Positions 36,716 to 46,503 are shown, counted from the first letter of the stretch. The stretch is DNA of 64,000 bases from a virus (IMGVR_UViG_3300033555_000005:1366-65365); one strand, 5' to 3'. Notes: generated by a model from the sequence alone, not told the origin. Numbers and translations are program-made.

Positions 36716-37513
36716 CTACAGGAAGTCTCTGCTCCTGCTGCCGATCACCTGAGTGCCCAGCGAGCGTCGACTGCGAGTGCGTGCGATGCCCGCCCCGCCC
36801 GTGCTGCAGAAGAGCACGCGGCTATGCCCGTGGCCGGACGACGTCAGCTCAGACATGCCGTCCGGTGGAACCTGTAGCGCGCCGGGGAAGACGCGACGCT
36901 GCAAGGTCTGCAACGCGGTGTTCGAGCCACTCGTCGAGCGCAGCGGCTCGAAGCCAGGTCCAGAGCCGGTGCCAGGGCTGCCCGAGTGGTCGATGTTCAT
37001 GGCGATCTGGATGCCTTCGGCTCCAGGTAGGCCAGCTGCACCGCCCGGCACCTGCCTGACACCGGTGACCGTGTCGGACTCGGTGACGCTGATGCTGCCG
37101 ACTTCACGAAGAGCGATGACGTGCACGTTGAGGCTGTTCGTGCTCAGCGAAGGTGAGGTGGCCGTGGTGCCGGACAGCGGCCGCACGTAGATCGAGCGGC
37201 CCTCTTCATCTGCCGGCGACGACACCGTCTTGCGGAAGACGTGGCCCCAGGAGGTTGGGCTACTGGACTGCGGTCGGGCAGCTGAGACCTCGGTGTACTC
37301 GTCGCTGTGCGGGCCACCGTCGACCAACGACACGACCGCACGCGAGTTCGACGGGACGTGGTGGTCCCACGAGATGAAGACGAGCAGTGTGTCTCCAGCG
37401 CGTAGCCCGTCGACGAGGTTGCCGGAACCTGGCCCTTGCGCTGGCTGCCGCGCCGGAAGCTGGTTGACGCTGCTCGCGCTGACTGAGGTGTGTCCGAGGA
37501 CGGACGCGCTCAC
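36716..37513 (-). CDS. putative virion accessory protein
   Basis: beta-rich; GLRAGDTLLVFI...SWGHVFRKT; GTGA coupling. Confidence 0.6.
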   Translation of the reverse strand: MSASVLGHTSVSASSVNQLPARQPAQGPGSGNLVDGLRAGDTLLVFISWDHHVPSNSRAVVSLVDGGPHSDEYTEVSAARPQSSSPTSWGHVFRKTVSSPADEEGRSIYVRPLSGTTATSPSLSTNSLNVHVIALREVGSISVTESDTVTGVRQVPGGAAGLPGAEGIQIAMNIDHSGSPGTGSGPGFEPLRSTSGSNTALQTLQRRVFPGALQVPPDGMSELTSSGHGHSRVLFCSTGGAGIARTRSRRSLGTQVIGSRSRDFL

Positions 37514-38133
37514 ACGGCCTCCAGCACGCCCGAGAGGTAGGCGTTGACGTTGCCGGTGCCGGTGCCTCGGGCCGTGATCGTCTCGCCACCGAACAGCAGC
37601 ATGTCAAGGCCGATGACAGCCGGCTCGCGGGTCGAGACCTTCGCGAGGTACCCGACCGTCCCGCCGGCGCTGATGCGCACCTGCACGTCAGTCGTTGCTC
37701 CTGCCGTCGACAGCACCAGCTCTCGAACGCGGAAGCGACGGTCTGCTGGGATGAAGGCACTGCGCTCAGCAGTCGCGATGTCGCGAAGGTCGATGCGGTG
37801 CAGCGTCAAGCCTTCCACGATGGCGTCCAGCTCGACCAACTCGACCATCGTCTGCGAGACGCCCTGCAGATGCGTCACGCGTAGCTCTTCCCCCTCGAGC
37901 AGCACGGTCGACAGCGGCCAGAGCCGTGACGAGCTGGGCTGCACGAAGACCTCAGACAGCAGCGCGCTGCTTCCGAGGAGCAGGACCATGCTGGTACCGG
38001 TCGTGCTGACGGCGTCGGTGGACTGGGAGACGGTACGCACGATGGCCTTGCGCCCCGCGGGCACGGTGTAGAGCAGCGTCGACGTGCCTGCGGCCGGGTT
38101 GGACGCGGTGAAGCGCCGGTGCTGGACAGCCAT
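37510..38133 (-). CDS. putative virion accessory protein, paralog of 16656..17663 C-terminus
   Basis: LYTVPAGRKAIV...VLLEGEELR. Confidence 0.65.
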   Translation of the reverse strand: MAVQHRRFTASNPAAGTSTLLYTVPAGRKAIVRTVSQSTDAVSTTGTSMVLLLGSSALLSEVFVQPSSSRLWPLSTVLLEGEELRVTHLQGVSQTMVELVELDAIVEGLTLHRIDLRDIATAERSAFIPADRRFRVRELVLSTAGATTDVQVRISAGGTVGYLAKVSTREPAVIGLDMLLFGGETITARGTGTGNVNAYLSGVLEAV

Positions 38134-38145
38134 GCGTGGGTGCTC

Positions 38146-38793
38146 CTAGCTCAGAAGGGAGTCGAGGAGAAGATCGACTCCCGAGGACGGGGACATGTCA
38201 GCGCCGGCGCGCACACCTGCAGCGAAGCGCTGCGCGCCGAGCGCCGACGTTGAAGACATCGTGTTGCCCTCGCTGTCGGTCATCTCGGAGAGCGGCGCAG
38301 TCTGGGTGTAGCTCGACGAGGTACCCGACGCCGTTGCGGTGCCTGGGACGTTGTTCGCCGCACGGTCGTAGGTGAAGCTCGTCGGTGACGTGATGCCCGA
38401 GATGCGGTAGCTGCCGTTGAAGGTTGCGTCGATACCGGCGACCGTCACCGTCCTGCCCAGGAGGAAGTCGTGGGGGCTGTTCGTCGTCAGCGTTGCGACG
38501 TTCCCTGTGAGGGCGCGGTTGATGACCGCTCGGGTAGTTCGAGCGCCGCGACTGGTGATCGGAACGACCGTCGACCCGCTGGTCAGCACGACGCTGCCGC
38601 CGGCGGTGCGAACCGCGCCGACTAGCAACGCACGGTCGGCCTTCGCCTGCGCTCCGTCCGGTGTCTCCGCGGCGCGGGCCAGCGCGAGCGCGTTCTCCGT
38701 CGCCAGCTCGAGAGCGTTGAGCACCGCAGCGATGTTGTTGATGTCCGCGGCTGTGACGATCTGGCCTTCGACGCGTCCGGTGGGGACGGGCAT
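38146..38793 (-). CDS. putative virion accessory protein
   Basis: ATLTTNSPHDFLLGRTVTVAG..FNGSYRI...TSFTY beta-module common in phage structural proteins. Confidence 0.6.
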   Translation of the reverse strand: MPVPTGRVEGQIVTAADINNIAAVLNALELATENALALARAAETPDGAQAKADRALLVGAVRTAGGSVVLTSGSTVVPITSRGARTTRAVINRALTGNVATLTTNSPHDFLLGRTVTVAGIDATFNGSYRISGITSPTSFTYDRAANNVPGTATASGTSSSYTQTAPLSEMTDSEGNTMSSTSALGAQRFAAGVRAGADMSPSSGVDLLLDSLLS

Positions 38794-38805
38794 GGTGCGC
38801 TCCTT

Positions 38806-39387
38806 CTACTTGCGGCGGTGCTCGGGGTGCGTGCTGGTCAGCACGTACCGCTGCATGTCGGGGCTGTCGTACAGCTCGTCGAAGCGGAGCTGACGACCGC
38901 TGATGCGCAGCGTGGTGTCGCGGTTGGACGCGTCGAAGTGCCCGCTGCTCTGGATCGTCTCGACGTCGAAGACACGTCCGCGGAAGGCGAAGCGGTTGTG
39001 CAGGTGCTTCTCACGGTTCTCGACGAGGTCGATGTCCAGCCCGGCGCGGCGGGCCTGGTCGTAGCTCAGGCGCAGCACGATGTTGTCCATGACCGCGAAG
39101 CCACCGTCACCGCCCTGCTCTTGGCCCTGCTGCACGACGGCCGACAGGACCGGGATGCGCCGAGGTCCGTCGAAGCGCTTGCCGCCCTCGATGTGCCCCT
39201 CGTCGTAGATGTCGTCGGTGGTCGTGCCGACGCCGTCGGCGAAGTTCTCGTCGAGGAACCACCAGTCGACCTCGGTGCCGTACACCTGCTGGTGCAGCTC
39301 GAGGCCGCGGTCGATGCGCTCCAGCTCGTCCTTGGTCGAGAAGAAGCGACCCCGCGGGCGGCCGAAGAAGCGTGAGGTGCCGGCCAT
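38806..39387 (-). CDS. neck/head-closure protein (gp14-like)
   Basis: VYGTEVDWWFLD, DDIYDEG, HNRFAFRGRVFDV; synteny. Confidence 0.65.
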   Translation of the reverse strand: MAGTSRFFGRPRGRFFSTKDELERIDRGLELHQQVYGTEVDWWFLDENFADGVGTTTDDIYDEGHIEGGKRFDGPRRIPVLSAVVQQGQEQGGDGGFAVMDNIVLRLSYDQARRAGLDIDLVENREKHLHNRFAFRGRVFDVETIQSSGHFDASNRDTTLRISGRQLRFDELYDSPDMQRYVLTSTHPEHRRK

Positions 39388-39830
39388 CAGCCGTGCTTCG
39401 CAGCCCAGGCAGCGCCCTCGGGCGAGAGCGCCTGCGGTCCGCTGTGCTGCAGGCCGGGGCGCAGGTCACGCGCGTGGTCAAGCATGGCCTTGCCGAAGCC
39501 CTTGCGCTGCATGTTCTTGCTGACCTGGGCCTTGTAGATGGCCGAGCGCGTTGCGTCTGGGCTGCCCTGAGGGTGGGGGGTACCTGTGTACTCGCCGTTG
39601 CGGTTGGTGCTCGGGTCGAACCAGTCGACGTAGCCGATGCGACGACCGCTGTTGGTGTGAACGGCCTCGACGCCCTTGGCGTACTTCGGGTTGGTGCCGG
39701 TCTCGGGCTTGCCGAACAGGCCGATAGGTCGGGTCGTGTACTTGCCGCCGAGTCCGAAGGTGCGTGGCGCGAGGTGCTGGCTGCTGCCGAGGTGGCTCAC
39801 GCCGGCGTCGAAGCTCTCGTTGCGGCTCAC
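39387..39830 (-). CDS. GNAT-family acetyltransferase 1
   Basis: AQVSKNMQRKGFGKAMLD acetyl-CoA motif A; LSPEGAAWA. Confidence 0.75.
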   Translation of the reverse strand: MSRNESFDAGVSHLGSSQHLAPRTFGLGGKYTTRPIGLFGKPETGTNPKYAKGVEAVHTNSGRRIGYVDWFDPSTNRNGEYTGTPHPQGSPDATRSAIYKAQVSKNMQRKGFGKAMLDHARDLRPGLQHSGPQALSPEGAAWAAKHG

Positions 39831-40996
39831 GGCCCGTCGTCCCCGTAGTTGGCGCGTCCGTCGCGCTGCACGAAGCCGCTGCCGGTGATGCCCAGGTTCC
39901 GAGGCGCGAAGACGCGTAGCGGGGCGGTGGGTGAGCGGTCGTCGTACTCGCGCGCGACGTAGACCGGCACGAGCCGGCCGGTGGTGAGCGACACGCGGCG
40001 CACGGTGAAGACCTCGATCTTGGACAGCCCGACGCCGAGCTGACGGCAGAGGTCGTCGTAGATGGTGCGCTTCTCAGCGATCAGCTCGCCGAGGTTGCGG
40101 AAGCGTTCGCTGCGCGGGAGCGACGTGCCGTCCGCGGTCGTGACGTCGATGTCGTAGGCCGCGTCGGTGCGCACGACCTCCAGCGCCTCAGTGGCGGCCA
40201 GCAGTGCGACAGCGTGGTGTTCGACTGGACCGATGCTGTCGACCGTCGCGTTGCTGTAGAGGAAGCGCTTGAAGCCGCGCGCGTCCCGGTAGACCTGCAG
40301 GTCTTCGCTGCTGTGCGCGTGCTTCAGAGCCGCGCTGCGCACGAAGGTGTTCAGCTCCAGGTCGGTGAAGAACTGGTAGTGCTGGCCGGTCACCGTGACG
40401 ATGGCGTCGTTGACCGGCGGGGTGCCCATGAGCAGCACGCCGGCGCGCGCGTCAAGCGTGTAGGCGGTCGTCGGGACCGGCGCGCTGTACCCGCCGCCAG
40501 GCAGCTCGGTCGCGACGACGACGGACAGCGACTCGGGTCGGACGACCTCAGCCGGCAGGTCGAAGCGTCGCGTGAAGCCGTCACCCTGCACCGCGGCCTG
40601 GAAGGTCTCCTCGAAGTCACCCAGCTCGAGGCGCAGCCGGTCACGGATGGCGCGGAGCGCGGGGCTGTCGGGATCCGGCACAGGGTCGTGCGCCGGCGGC
40701 CGCGGAGGCGGGGAGGCGGGGAGGCCGTTGATGACGAAGGGGCCAGCGAGGTTCTGGCTGCTGATGTTGTCGAGCGTTCCGAGCACCGGCAGGTAGGTGC
40801 CGTCCGGCAGGAGGTTCGGGATCGTGATGGTGACGCTGCCACCGTGGTCGACGATGAAGTCGACGCTGAACAGCTTTCCCAAGCTGTCGACGAGGAACGC
40901 GGAGCTGACGCGGCCGAAGCCGCTACCGATGAGCTGCAGCGTGCCGGCCCGGACTGCCGGCCCGCCGTACCCGGTGATGACGGGTGTGAGGGCCAT
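39827..40996 (-). CDS. head-tail adaptor with N-terminal Ig/IPT-like domain
   Basis: AIRDRLRLELGD, YQFFTDLEL..FVRSA, AATEALEVVRTDAAYDIDV...DG..LPRSERFRNL. Confidence 0.7.
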   Translation of the reverse strand: MALTPVITGYGGPAVRAGTLQLIGSGFGRVSSAFLVDSLGKLFSVDFIVDHGGSVTITIPNLLPDGTYLPVLGTLDNISSQNLAGPFVINGLPASPPPRPPAHDPVPDPDSPALRAIRDRLRLELGDFEETFQAAVQGDGFTRRFDLPAEVVRPESLSVVVATELPGGGYSAPVPTTAYTLDARAGVLLMGTPPVNDAIVTVTGQHYQFFTDLELNTFVRSAALKHAHSSEDLQVYRDARGFKRFLYSNATVDSIGPVEHHAVALLAATEALEVVRTDAAYDIDVTTADGTSLPRSERFRNLGELIAEKRTIYDDLCRQLGVGLSKIEVFTVRRVSLTTGRLVPVYVAREYDDRSPTAPLRVFAPRNLGITGSGFVQRDGRANYGDDGP

Positions 40997-40998
40997 GG

Positions 40999-41760
40999 TC
41001 AGCCTCCTCTGGTCGCCAGCATCGTACGAGCGGGTCGGCTGCTTGCTGGTGAGTCCGTCAGCGCGGTGCGCAGCGGCTGCATCGCGCGGGCCGGCGCGGG
41101 GCGCATGCTCGACGCCCCGTCACGAGCCGCGCGAGTGCTAGCGGGGGTCAGCAGCAGGCCGGACGTGCGGCGCGCTGCACGGGCCGACGAGGTCAGCGCC
41201 CCGAAGGTGCCCGGCGACAGGACGTACGGCAGCATCTCCCACAGCAGGCTGACCGCGTCGATGGCGAGGGCGTAGTCCAGCCACCGCAGTGGCCGCTCGG
41301 AGAAGACGTTGCCGAGCAGGGACCACAGCACGCGCTGCTCTTGAGCAGCCAGTGCGTAGATGGTCCAGGGCGCTGTCCGGCTCTGCTGCGCTAGGACGAG
41401 GAGCGCCCAGTCCGAGGTGCGCTGAGAGCTGCGGGTGACGGTGTCGTTCCACAGGAGCGGCAGGTGCTTCGACGTGCCGGCGATGTAGTCCGCACGGTCA
41501 AGCAGAGACGGAAGCAGCGCGCTCGGCACGCGCACGTAGGCGACTCGCAAGGTCGTTGTAGACGTCAGCGAGGCCAACTCGGTGCTTGCGGTGCGACGGC
41601 TCTCGTACCGAGGTGAGCCGGCGTCGACGGGCACGCTGATGACCGCGCTGACCGTCCTCTCGTACCGCCTGCTGATCGGGCCGCGAACGGTCAGGTAGGG
41701 GTCGTATTGCGACGGGATTTGCACCAGAGGTGCGCGGAGCCAGAGGTCGTAGTCACCCAT
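40999..41760 (-). CDS. hypothetical virion-associated protein
   Basis: coupled ORF in structural operon; atypical codon usage. Confidence 0.5.
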   Translation of the reverse strand: MGDYDLWLRAPLVQIPSQYDPYLTVRGPISRRYERTVSAVISVPVDAGSPRYESRRTASTELASLTSTTTLRVAYVRVPSALLPSLLDRADYIAGTSKHLPLLWNDTVTRSSQRTSDWALLVLAQQSRTAPWTIYALAAQEQRVLWSLLGNVFSERPLRWLDYALAIDAVSLLWEMLPYVLSPGTFGALTSSARAARRTSGLLLTPASTRAARDGASSMRPAPARAMQPLRTALTDSPASSRPARTMLATRGG

Positions 41761-43211
41761 CAGAGCACCGTGAGGTTGCGCTCCGAAACCGCCTCGAGAG
41801 GCGACAGCGAGTCCTGCTCAGCGAAGGCCGCGACGTAGTACTTGCGCAGGTCGTAGCTGTTGCGCGGGAACGAGTACCCGCCGGTGACTGTCGAGCTGGT
41901 TGTACTGGACACCGGGGTGTCGTTGTCGGCGCGGTAGAGAACGATGAAGGCACCGCCCAAGTAGGGCGTGCCGTTGACGTCGCGGATGACTCCGCTGATG
42001 GACTTCACCGGGTCGAGCAGCGGCTCGTCGCCTGGCTGGAACTGGTAGTCCACACGTCGGCCAGCTGTGAACAGCCTCGCGGCCGCCTCCTGCAGCACGC
42101 GCAGCTCGTCGGAGCTGACGCGGCTGACGGTGACCGTTCGCTGCGCGATGTCGGCCGGTCGGGGCAGCGCGTCGCTGGACCCTCGGGGGAACAGGACGAT
42201 GCGCACCGCGGTGTCCGCGGGGCCGCCCAGCGCGTCCGCGCCGCGCCGCGGGAAGAGCGCGGTCCGTGACGCCGAGTCCGTGGGCGTAGGAATCTGGTCA
42301 GTCGGCAGTCGGGCAACAGCGATGGCGCGTGTCGTGCTGTCGAGTAACGACGAGAGGATGTCGGCTGCCCGGCGCGCCACCGTGACGACGCGAGCGGAGG
42401 TATCGACCGGAGGCGGAACAGTGTCGAGAGGCAGCCGGGCCGTCACAGTCTGCCGCGCCGATGCGTCCAGCAGTTTGGGCACGATGTCGCTAGAGACGCG
42501 AGCCGCCTGAGTCTCGCGGCGCGAGGTGTCCAAGGGGCGGGGCAGTGCTTCGGCCGACAGCCGGAAGTACGCAGCAGCTCGAACCGCGGTGTCGACGGGC
42601 CGAGAAATGACGTCGGTGGACGTGCGGCTGGCTCGTACGGAGAAGGAAGTGAGGTCCGCGAGTCGTGAGTCCACACCTCCGGTCTGAAGGCTGATGTTGA
42701 CTCCGTTGAGGTTGACGCCGCCCACCGTGACCAACGCGTACGCCTCGACGAACAGCTTCGGGTTCGGTCCGGTGGTGAAGGCAGCGACGGTCACCGGGAC
42801 CGACATGACCGTCAGGGCCGTCGGGAGCGTGCCCAACGCCGTCATGGCGTTGCCTGCTAACACGGAAGTGCCGTTGCTGCTGCGCACGTAGACGTAGACC
42901 GCGAGCTGCCCGGTGACAGCAGCGGTGTCACACAGGACGTTGAGGTGCACCGTCCAGGTGCCCCCCGCGAACGCGACGGGATCCGGGCTGACAGCCGCTA
43001 GCTGCTCCCACCCGATGGGTGCAGCCCCTGGAACCGCCGCGTCGGCGCTGCTCGACACCTCAGGCACGAAGCGCCGGTTGCCGGTGCCGGCGCTGGCGTA
43101 GCTCGCCTTGGTTGCGACGCTGGCTGCGGTGCCACTCGCGCCAAGCTCGTGGACGTCGCCGGCGACGACCGTGCTGCGCAGGAACTGGGTGGGAGGGATG
43201 CCGCTCATCAA
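41760..43211 (-). CDS. fibrous virion protein with nine 21-aa repeats
   Basis: central R-x3-D-x6-D-x3-R-x5 repeat; C-terminal ISGVIRDVNG...YRAD..PVSSTTS...YSF prealbumin-like module. Confidence 0.75.
   Translation of the reverse strand: MMSGIPPTQFLRSTVVAGDVHELGASGTAASVATKASYASAGTGNRRFVPEVSSSADAAVPGAAPIGWEQLAAVSPDPVAFAGGTWTVHLNVLCDTAAVTGQLAVYVYVRSSNGTSVLAGNAMTALGTLPTALTVMSVPVTVAAFTTGPNPKLFVEAYALVTVGGVNLNGVNISLQTGGVDSRLADLTSFSVRASRTSTDVISRPVDTAVRAAAYFRLSAEALPRPLDTSRRETQAARVSSDIVPKLLDASARQTVTARLPLDTVPPPVDTSARVVTVARRAADILSSLLDSTTRAIAVARLPTDQIPTPTDSASRTALFPRRGADALGGPADTAVRIVLFPRGSSDALPRPADIAQRTVTVSRVSSDELRVLQEAAARLFTAGRRVDYQFQPGDEPLLDPVKSISGVIRDVNGTPYLGGAFIVLYRADNDTPVSSTTSSTVTGGYSFPRNSYDLRKYYVAAFAEQDSLSPLEAVSERNLTVL
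42060..42626 (-). repeat. 9 x 63-nt (21-aa) protein-level tandem repeat
   Basis: RTSTDVISRPVDTAVRAAAYF / RLSAEALPRPLDTSRRETQAA / RVSSDIVPKLLDASARQTVTA etc., no indels. Confidence 0.9.
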
Positions 43212-43218
43212 GCCTCCC

Positions 43219-43521
43219 TTAGAGCAGCGTCTCGAGGTAGTCGTAGCAGGCGACCTGACTCACCATCAGCGCGGCAAGTGCCGCGGCCGGGTCTCCCGTC
43301 GTACGGTGCCCGATGTCGCTGCGTCCGACGCTGTTGCACGCGCTGACGTTCGTCGTCGTGGTCGGGTCGTGATGCAAGATCAGCGCGTTCACCAAACCAC
43401 CGCCCGCCAGTGGCGCTTCGTACCGGAGGGACACCGCCTTCGGCGCAACGAGCACCGTGAGCTTCGTCCGCACGGTGACACCGTCTGCGAGGTAGTCGAC
43501 GCCGCATGACCGATCAGCCAC
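43219..43521 (-). CDS. hypothetical protein (100 aa)
   Basis: ORF fills gap in structural operon. Confidence 0.55.
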   Translation of the reverse strand: MADRSCGVDYLADGVTVRTKLTVLVAPKAVSLRYEAPLAGGGLVNALILHHDPTTTTNVSACNSVGRSDIGHRTTGDPAAALAALMVSQVACYDYLETLL

Positions 43522-43525
43522 GGCT

Positions 43526-43963
43526 CTACGTGCCCAGGTCGATGCTCACGGTCTGGTCGAGCGAGTCGGTGCCGGTCAGCGTCGGCGGGTTCGGCTGCGG
43601 CATCGCGAAGACCAAGATGCCTGTGTCAGCCGCTCCTGGCGCGGCCGCTACGGCCGGCGCGATGACACCCACGATCCGAGGGGTGCGCGCCGTGCCCGTG
43701 CCAGCCGGGGAGGTGTGCGTGAACTTCTTGAACAGCGTGCCAGTCTGCGCGCCGGCGTTCTTGGTCACCGTAGTGGCCAGCGCGCGAGCGAAGCCGTCTG
43801 CGGTCATCTCGTTGCCCGCCACGCCGCCCAGCACCGTCCAGGTGTTCGGAGACGGGATGGCCGTAGCTGACTCCGACAGCGCGATGACCGTCGAGGCGGT
43901 CGGCCGGGTCGTGTTGAAGTGGGCGTCCCAGGTGTAGTCGCGTCCGACAGTGGTACGGCTCAC
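43526..43963 (-). CDS. putative virion structural protein
   Basis: IALSE...LGGVAGNEMTADGFARALAT...LFKKFT; GTGA coupling. Confidence 0.7.
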   Translation of the reverse strand: MSRTTVGRDYTWDAHFNTTRPTASTVIALSESATAIPSPNTWTVLGGVAGNEMTADGFARALATTVTKNAGAQTGTLFKKFTHTSPAGTGTARTPRIVGVIAPAVAAAPGAADTGILVFAMPQPNPPTLTGTDSLDQTVSIDLGT

Positions 43964-44388
43964 GTCTGCTCCTCGATGACCTCGGTGTCGAGCAGCGCCG
44001 CGATGCGGCGCACAAGCCTGGGGTCGTCGCCGGACACGCCGGTCAGAGCGTGTACCGGCACGTTGCGCTCGGTCACCGACCGCAGGAAGGCGGCCAGCTC
44101 GGTCGGGTCGGGTGCCCAGCCGTCCTCGTACGAGGTCACGGCGTTGCCGACGTCGACGCTCTCGATGCGGTGACGCATTTCGGTCTCGCCCGTCGCCATG
44201 GCCGCGACCGGGAAGACGCCGGTGGACTCGTAGACCTTGCCGTCGCTGTGCAGAACGTTGCTGTCCTTCGCCGCCTGACGGCGCTCGTTGGCGTTGAGGT
44301 TGAAGCGCTCGACAGCCTTCTCGTCAGCCGAGAGGTCGTTGACGAGGTCGTAGCCCTTGCTGAGGTGAAAGACGATCTGCTTGCTCAT
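43960..44388 (-). CDS. hypothetical virion-associated protein
   Basis: ATGA/GTGA coupled, strong codon bias. Confidence 0.7.
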   Translation of the reverse strand: MSKQIVFHLSKGYDLVNDLSADEKAVERFNLNANERRQAAKDSNVLHSDGKVYESTGVFPVAAMATGETEMRHRIESVDVGNAVTSYEDGWAPDPTELAAFLRSVTERNVPVHALTGVSGDDPRLVRRIAALLDTEVIEEQT

Positions 44389-44930
44389 GCCGCCGTGTCT
44401 CCTTCAACGCGAAGCGTCACGCCGTCGTTGTTCTGGGCCGGCGTGTTCTTGGCCGTGCGGCGCACCCAGATGGCGATGACGCTGCCGGGCGCGATGTCGC
44501 CGATGGCCAGCCCGGTGGCCTTGGTCGTCGGGCTCCCGAACGCCGTCGTGCCAGTCGGGGCGGTGTTCTTGTTCGCGATCTGCGCGGCCTGCGCGCCAGG
44601 TCCCTGACCGACAGGCACGACGCCGATGTTGTCGAGCGCGATGGCGGTGTCAGCGCCGCCGGCGACCTCGGTCGCGAGCCAGATGACAGTGCGCTGCAGC
44701 ACCAGCGTCGGGTGCGCGTTGTGCACGAAGATGCACTTGTAGTCCAGGTTCTGCGCCGCGTTCTCGTCGCCCGTGACGTCGGGGAAGAGGTTGTTGAGCA
44801 CGGCGTCGGTGAGCTGCGTCGTCGAGATGAAACGGCCGTTCGAGCCAGCTGCCGTGCCCACCGTCGTGTTGCCGGTGGTGCCGGTCGTCACGCTGTACTT
44901 GTACTGGATGTCCGAAGACTGGATGGGCAT
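44385..44930 (-). CDS. putative virion structural protein
   Basis: LNNLFPDVTGDENAA..LDYKCIFVHNAH conserved-looking motif. Confidence 0.7.
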   Translation of the reverse strand: MPIQSSDIQYKYSVTTGTTGNTTVGTAAGSNGRFISTTQLTDAVLNNLFPDVTGDENAAQNLDYKCIFVHNAHPTLVLQRTVIWLATEVAGGADTAIALDNIGVVPVGQGPGAQAAQIANKNTAPTGTTAFGSPTTKATGLAIGDIAPGSVIAIWVRRTAKNTPAQNNDGVTLRVEGDTAA

Positions 44931-44975
44931 GGCAGCTGGCTCCTTGGGGTCGCTGGTGGTGAGGCTAGAGCGACG

Positions 44976-45521
44976 TCAGGCGGGGCTGAGGGAGAGCACG
45001 AGCGCGAGGTTCTTCTCCTCCAGGTGCTGCGCGACCCAGCGCGGCACGCGGTACCGGTAGCCCTCGCGGAACGTGAAGGTGTTCCCGTAGCCGATGGTGA
45101 TGTCCTCGAGGTCGTAGAGCGCCCGCACGAGCGTCGGGCTGTTCAGCAGGTCTGGGGTGAGCACCTCGCCGGCCTGCGCGAGAGCCTTCGGCTTCTCGTC
45201 GGGCATCTCCATGACGTCGTACGTCGAGGTGCCCGAACCGATGCGGGTGCCCTCCTCGGGCACTTCCTCCTGCTCGACGACGCCAGGCTGACGGGCAGCC
45301 GTGTCGATGAGCTTGTCCGTTCCCTCAAGCACCGGCTGGCCGGACGTGAGGTCGATGACGCCCTCGTCCTTGATGGCCTGCTGACCGGCGGTGACGAGTC
45401 CCAGCTCGTCTCGGCGCTCGTTCACCGCGTCCTCGTGCTGTCGCTGCAGCACCTCCTTCTGGTTGCCCGTGAAGTCGCCTCGCTGAGAGGGGTTCCGTGC
45501 GCCACGCTGCTGACCTGCCAT
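44976..45521 (-). CDS. capsid-associated hypothetical protein
   Basis: AGGAG RBS; C-terminal DLEDITIGYGNTFTFREGYRYRVP. Confidence 0.7.
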   Translation of the reverse strand: MAGQQRGARNPSQRGDFTGNQKEVLQRQHEDAVNERRDELGLVTAGQQAIKDEGVIDLTSGQPVLEGTDKLIDTAARQPGVVEQEEVPEEGTRIGSGTSTYDVMEMPDEKPKALAQAGEVLTPDLLNSPTLVRALYDLEDITIGYGNTFTFREGYRYRVPRWVAQHLEEKNLALVLSLSPA

Positions 45522-45594
45522 GTCGTTCTCCTTGTTCGGTGTCCGAGTGCGCTGACGCGCTGTCCCGCCAAGGAGTGTGACGTGTGCGTGCGAG

Positions 45595-46071
45595 CTAGGT
45601 GAGGAGACCAGCAGCGCGTAGTGCGGACTCGAGCTGGTTCACACGCGTGCGGAGGTTCGAGATGACGCCAGACTCCTCCGCGCCGTACGTGGCGTCGACC
45701 ACCGCGGCGTCGGCAGCTGTCAGCGCGGCCGCGCGCTGCGCCGCCCTCACACGCGCGCCTGCGGCGTCCCAGACGAGCACGATGCCGTTCGCGGGGGCCG
45801 GCGACGGAGACGTCAGCAGCTGCCCCTGCACGGCCACCGGCACCTGCAGCGTGGCGCGGTTGGTGCCTTCGCCGCTCTCGACGAGGACGATGCTGCCCTC
45901 CTCAACCGAGAAGAAGACCCAGCCGTTGCCACGGACCTTGACAGGGTTGGCGAGCGACGTCGTGCCGGCGTTGCTAGTGAACAACAGAGCGAGCGAGTTG
46001 TCGCTAGCGCGACGCACGGTGACGTCGGAACCTGCGGTACCGAACTCCTGCTCTACGCGGACGATAGCCAT
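45595..46071 (-). CDS. short head-fibre/decoration-like protein
   Basis: LLFTSNAGTTSLANP module plus C-terminal coiled coil LRTRVNQLESALRAAGLL. Confidence 0.65.
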   Translation of the reverse strand: MAIVRVEQEFGTAGSDVTVRRASDNSLALLFTSNAGTTSLANPVKVRGNGWVFFSVEEGSIVLVESGEGTNRATLQVPVAVQGQLLTSPSPAPANGIVLVWDAAGARVRAAQRAAALTAADAAVVDATYGAEESGVISNLRTRVNQLESALRAAGLLT

Positions 46072-46090
46072 GGCGAGCAGTCTGCATGCA

Positions 46091-46119
46091 GAAGGCCCGC
46101 CTCCAAGGGAGACGGGCCT
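46091..46119 (-). terminator. stem-loop terminator
   Basis: AGGCCCG...CGGGCCT; near-identical to hairpin at 58317. Confidence 0.65.
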
Positions 46120-46134
46120 GGTGCAGGTGGAGAG

Positions 46135-46503
46135 CTACGCGGCCTTGCGCCCTCCGCGAGCACGCATCGTCGCGCCGCCCTCTGTCGCCAAGGTGCGCAC
46201 GGTCGTCGGGCTCAGGTCGTACACCTGAGCCAGCTCGTTGAGCGACGCGCCGGCCTTGTACTCCTTGGCGATCTTCTTCGAGAGCTTCGGGCGCTCGGGG
46301 TCAGCCTTGCGGTTCGCACCGCCGCGGGTCCTGATCTTCACGCCCATCTCGAGCAGCAGCAGCCGAACGCGACCGGCGCTCGTGCCGTGCTTGTCAGCCA
46401 ACCTGCCCAGCGACCACTTCCCGGTGATGTAGTCCTTCTCCAGCTTCGCGCCGAGCTTGTCGCGCTCGTCGTCCGTCATTCTCTTGTGCTTCGTGATCGT
46501 CAT
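46135..46503 (-). CDS. tandem helix-turn-helix DNA-binding regulator
   Basis: two copies of Y..G.SL..LA...G/D.S...VR.LL.E.G...R.RGG. Confidence 0.85.
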   Translation of the reverse strand: MTITKHKRMTDDERDKLGAKLEKDYITGKWSLGRLADKHGTSAGRVRLLLLEMGVKIRTRGGANRKADPERPKLSKKIAKEYKAGASLNELAQVYDLSPTTVRTLATEGGATMRARGGRKAA

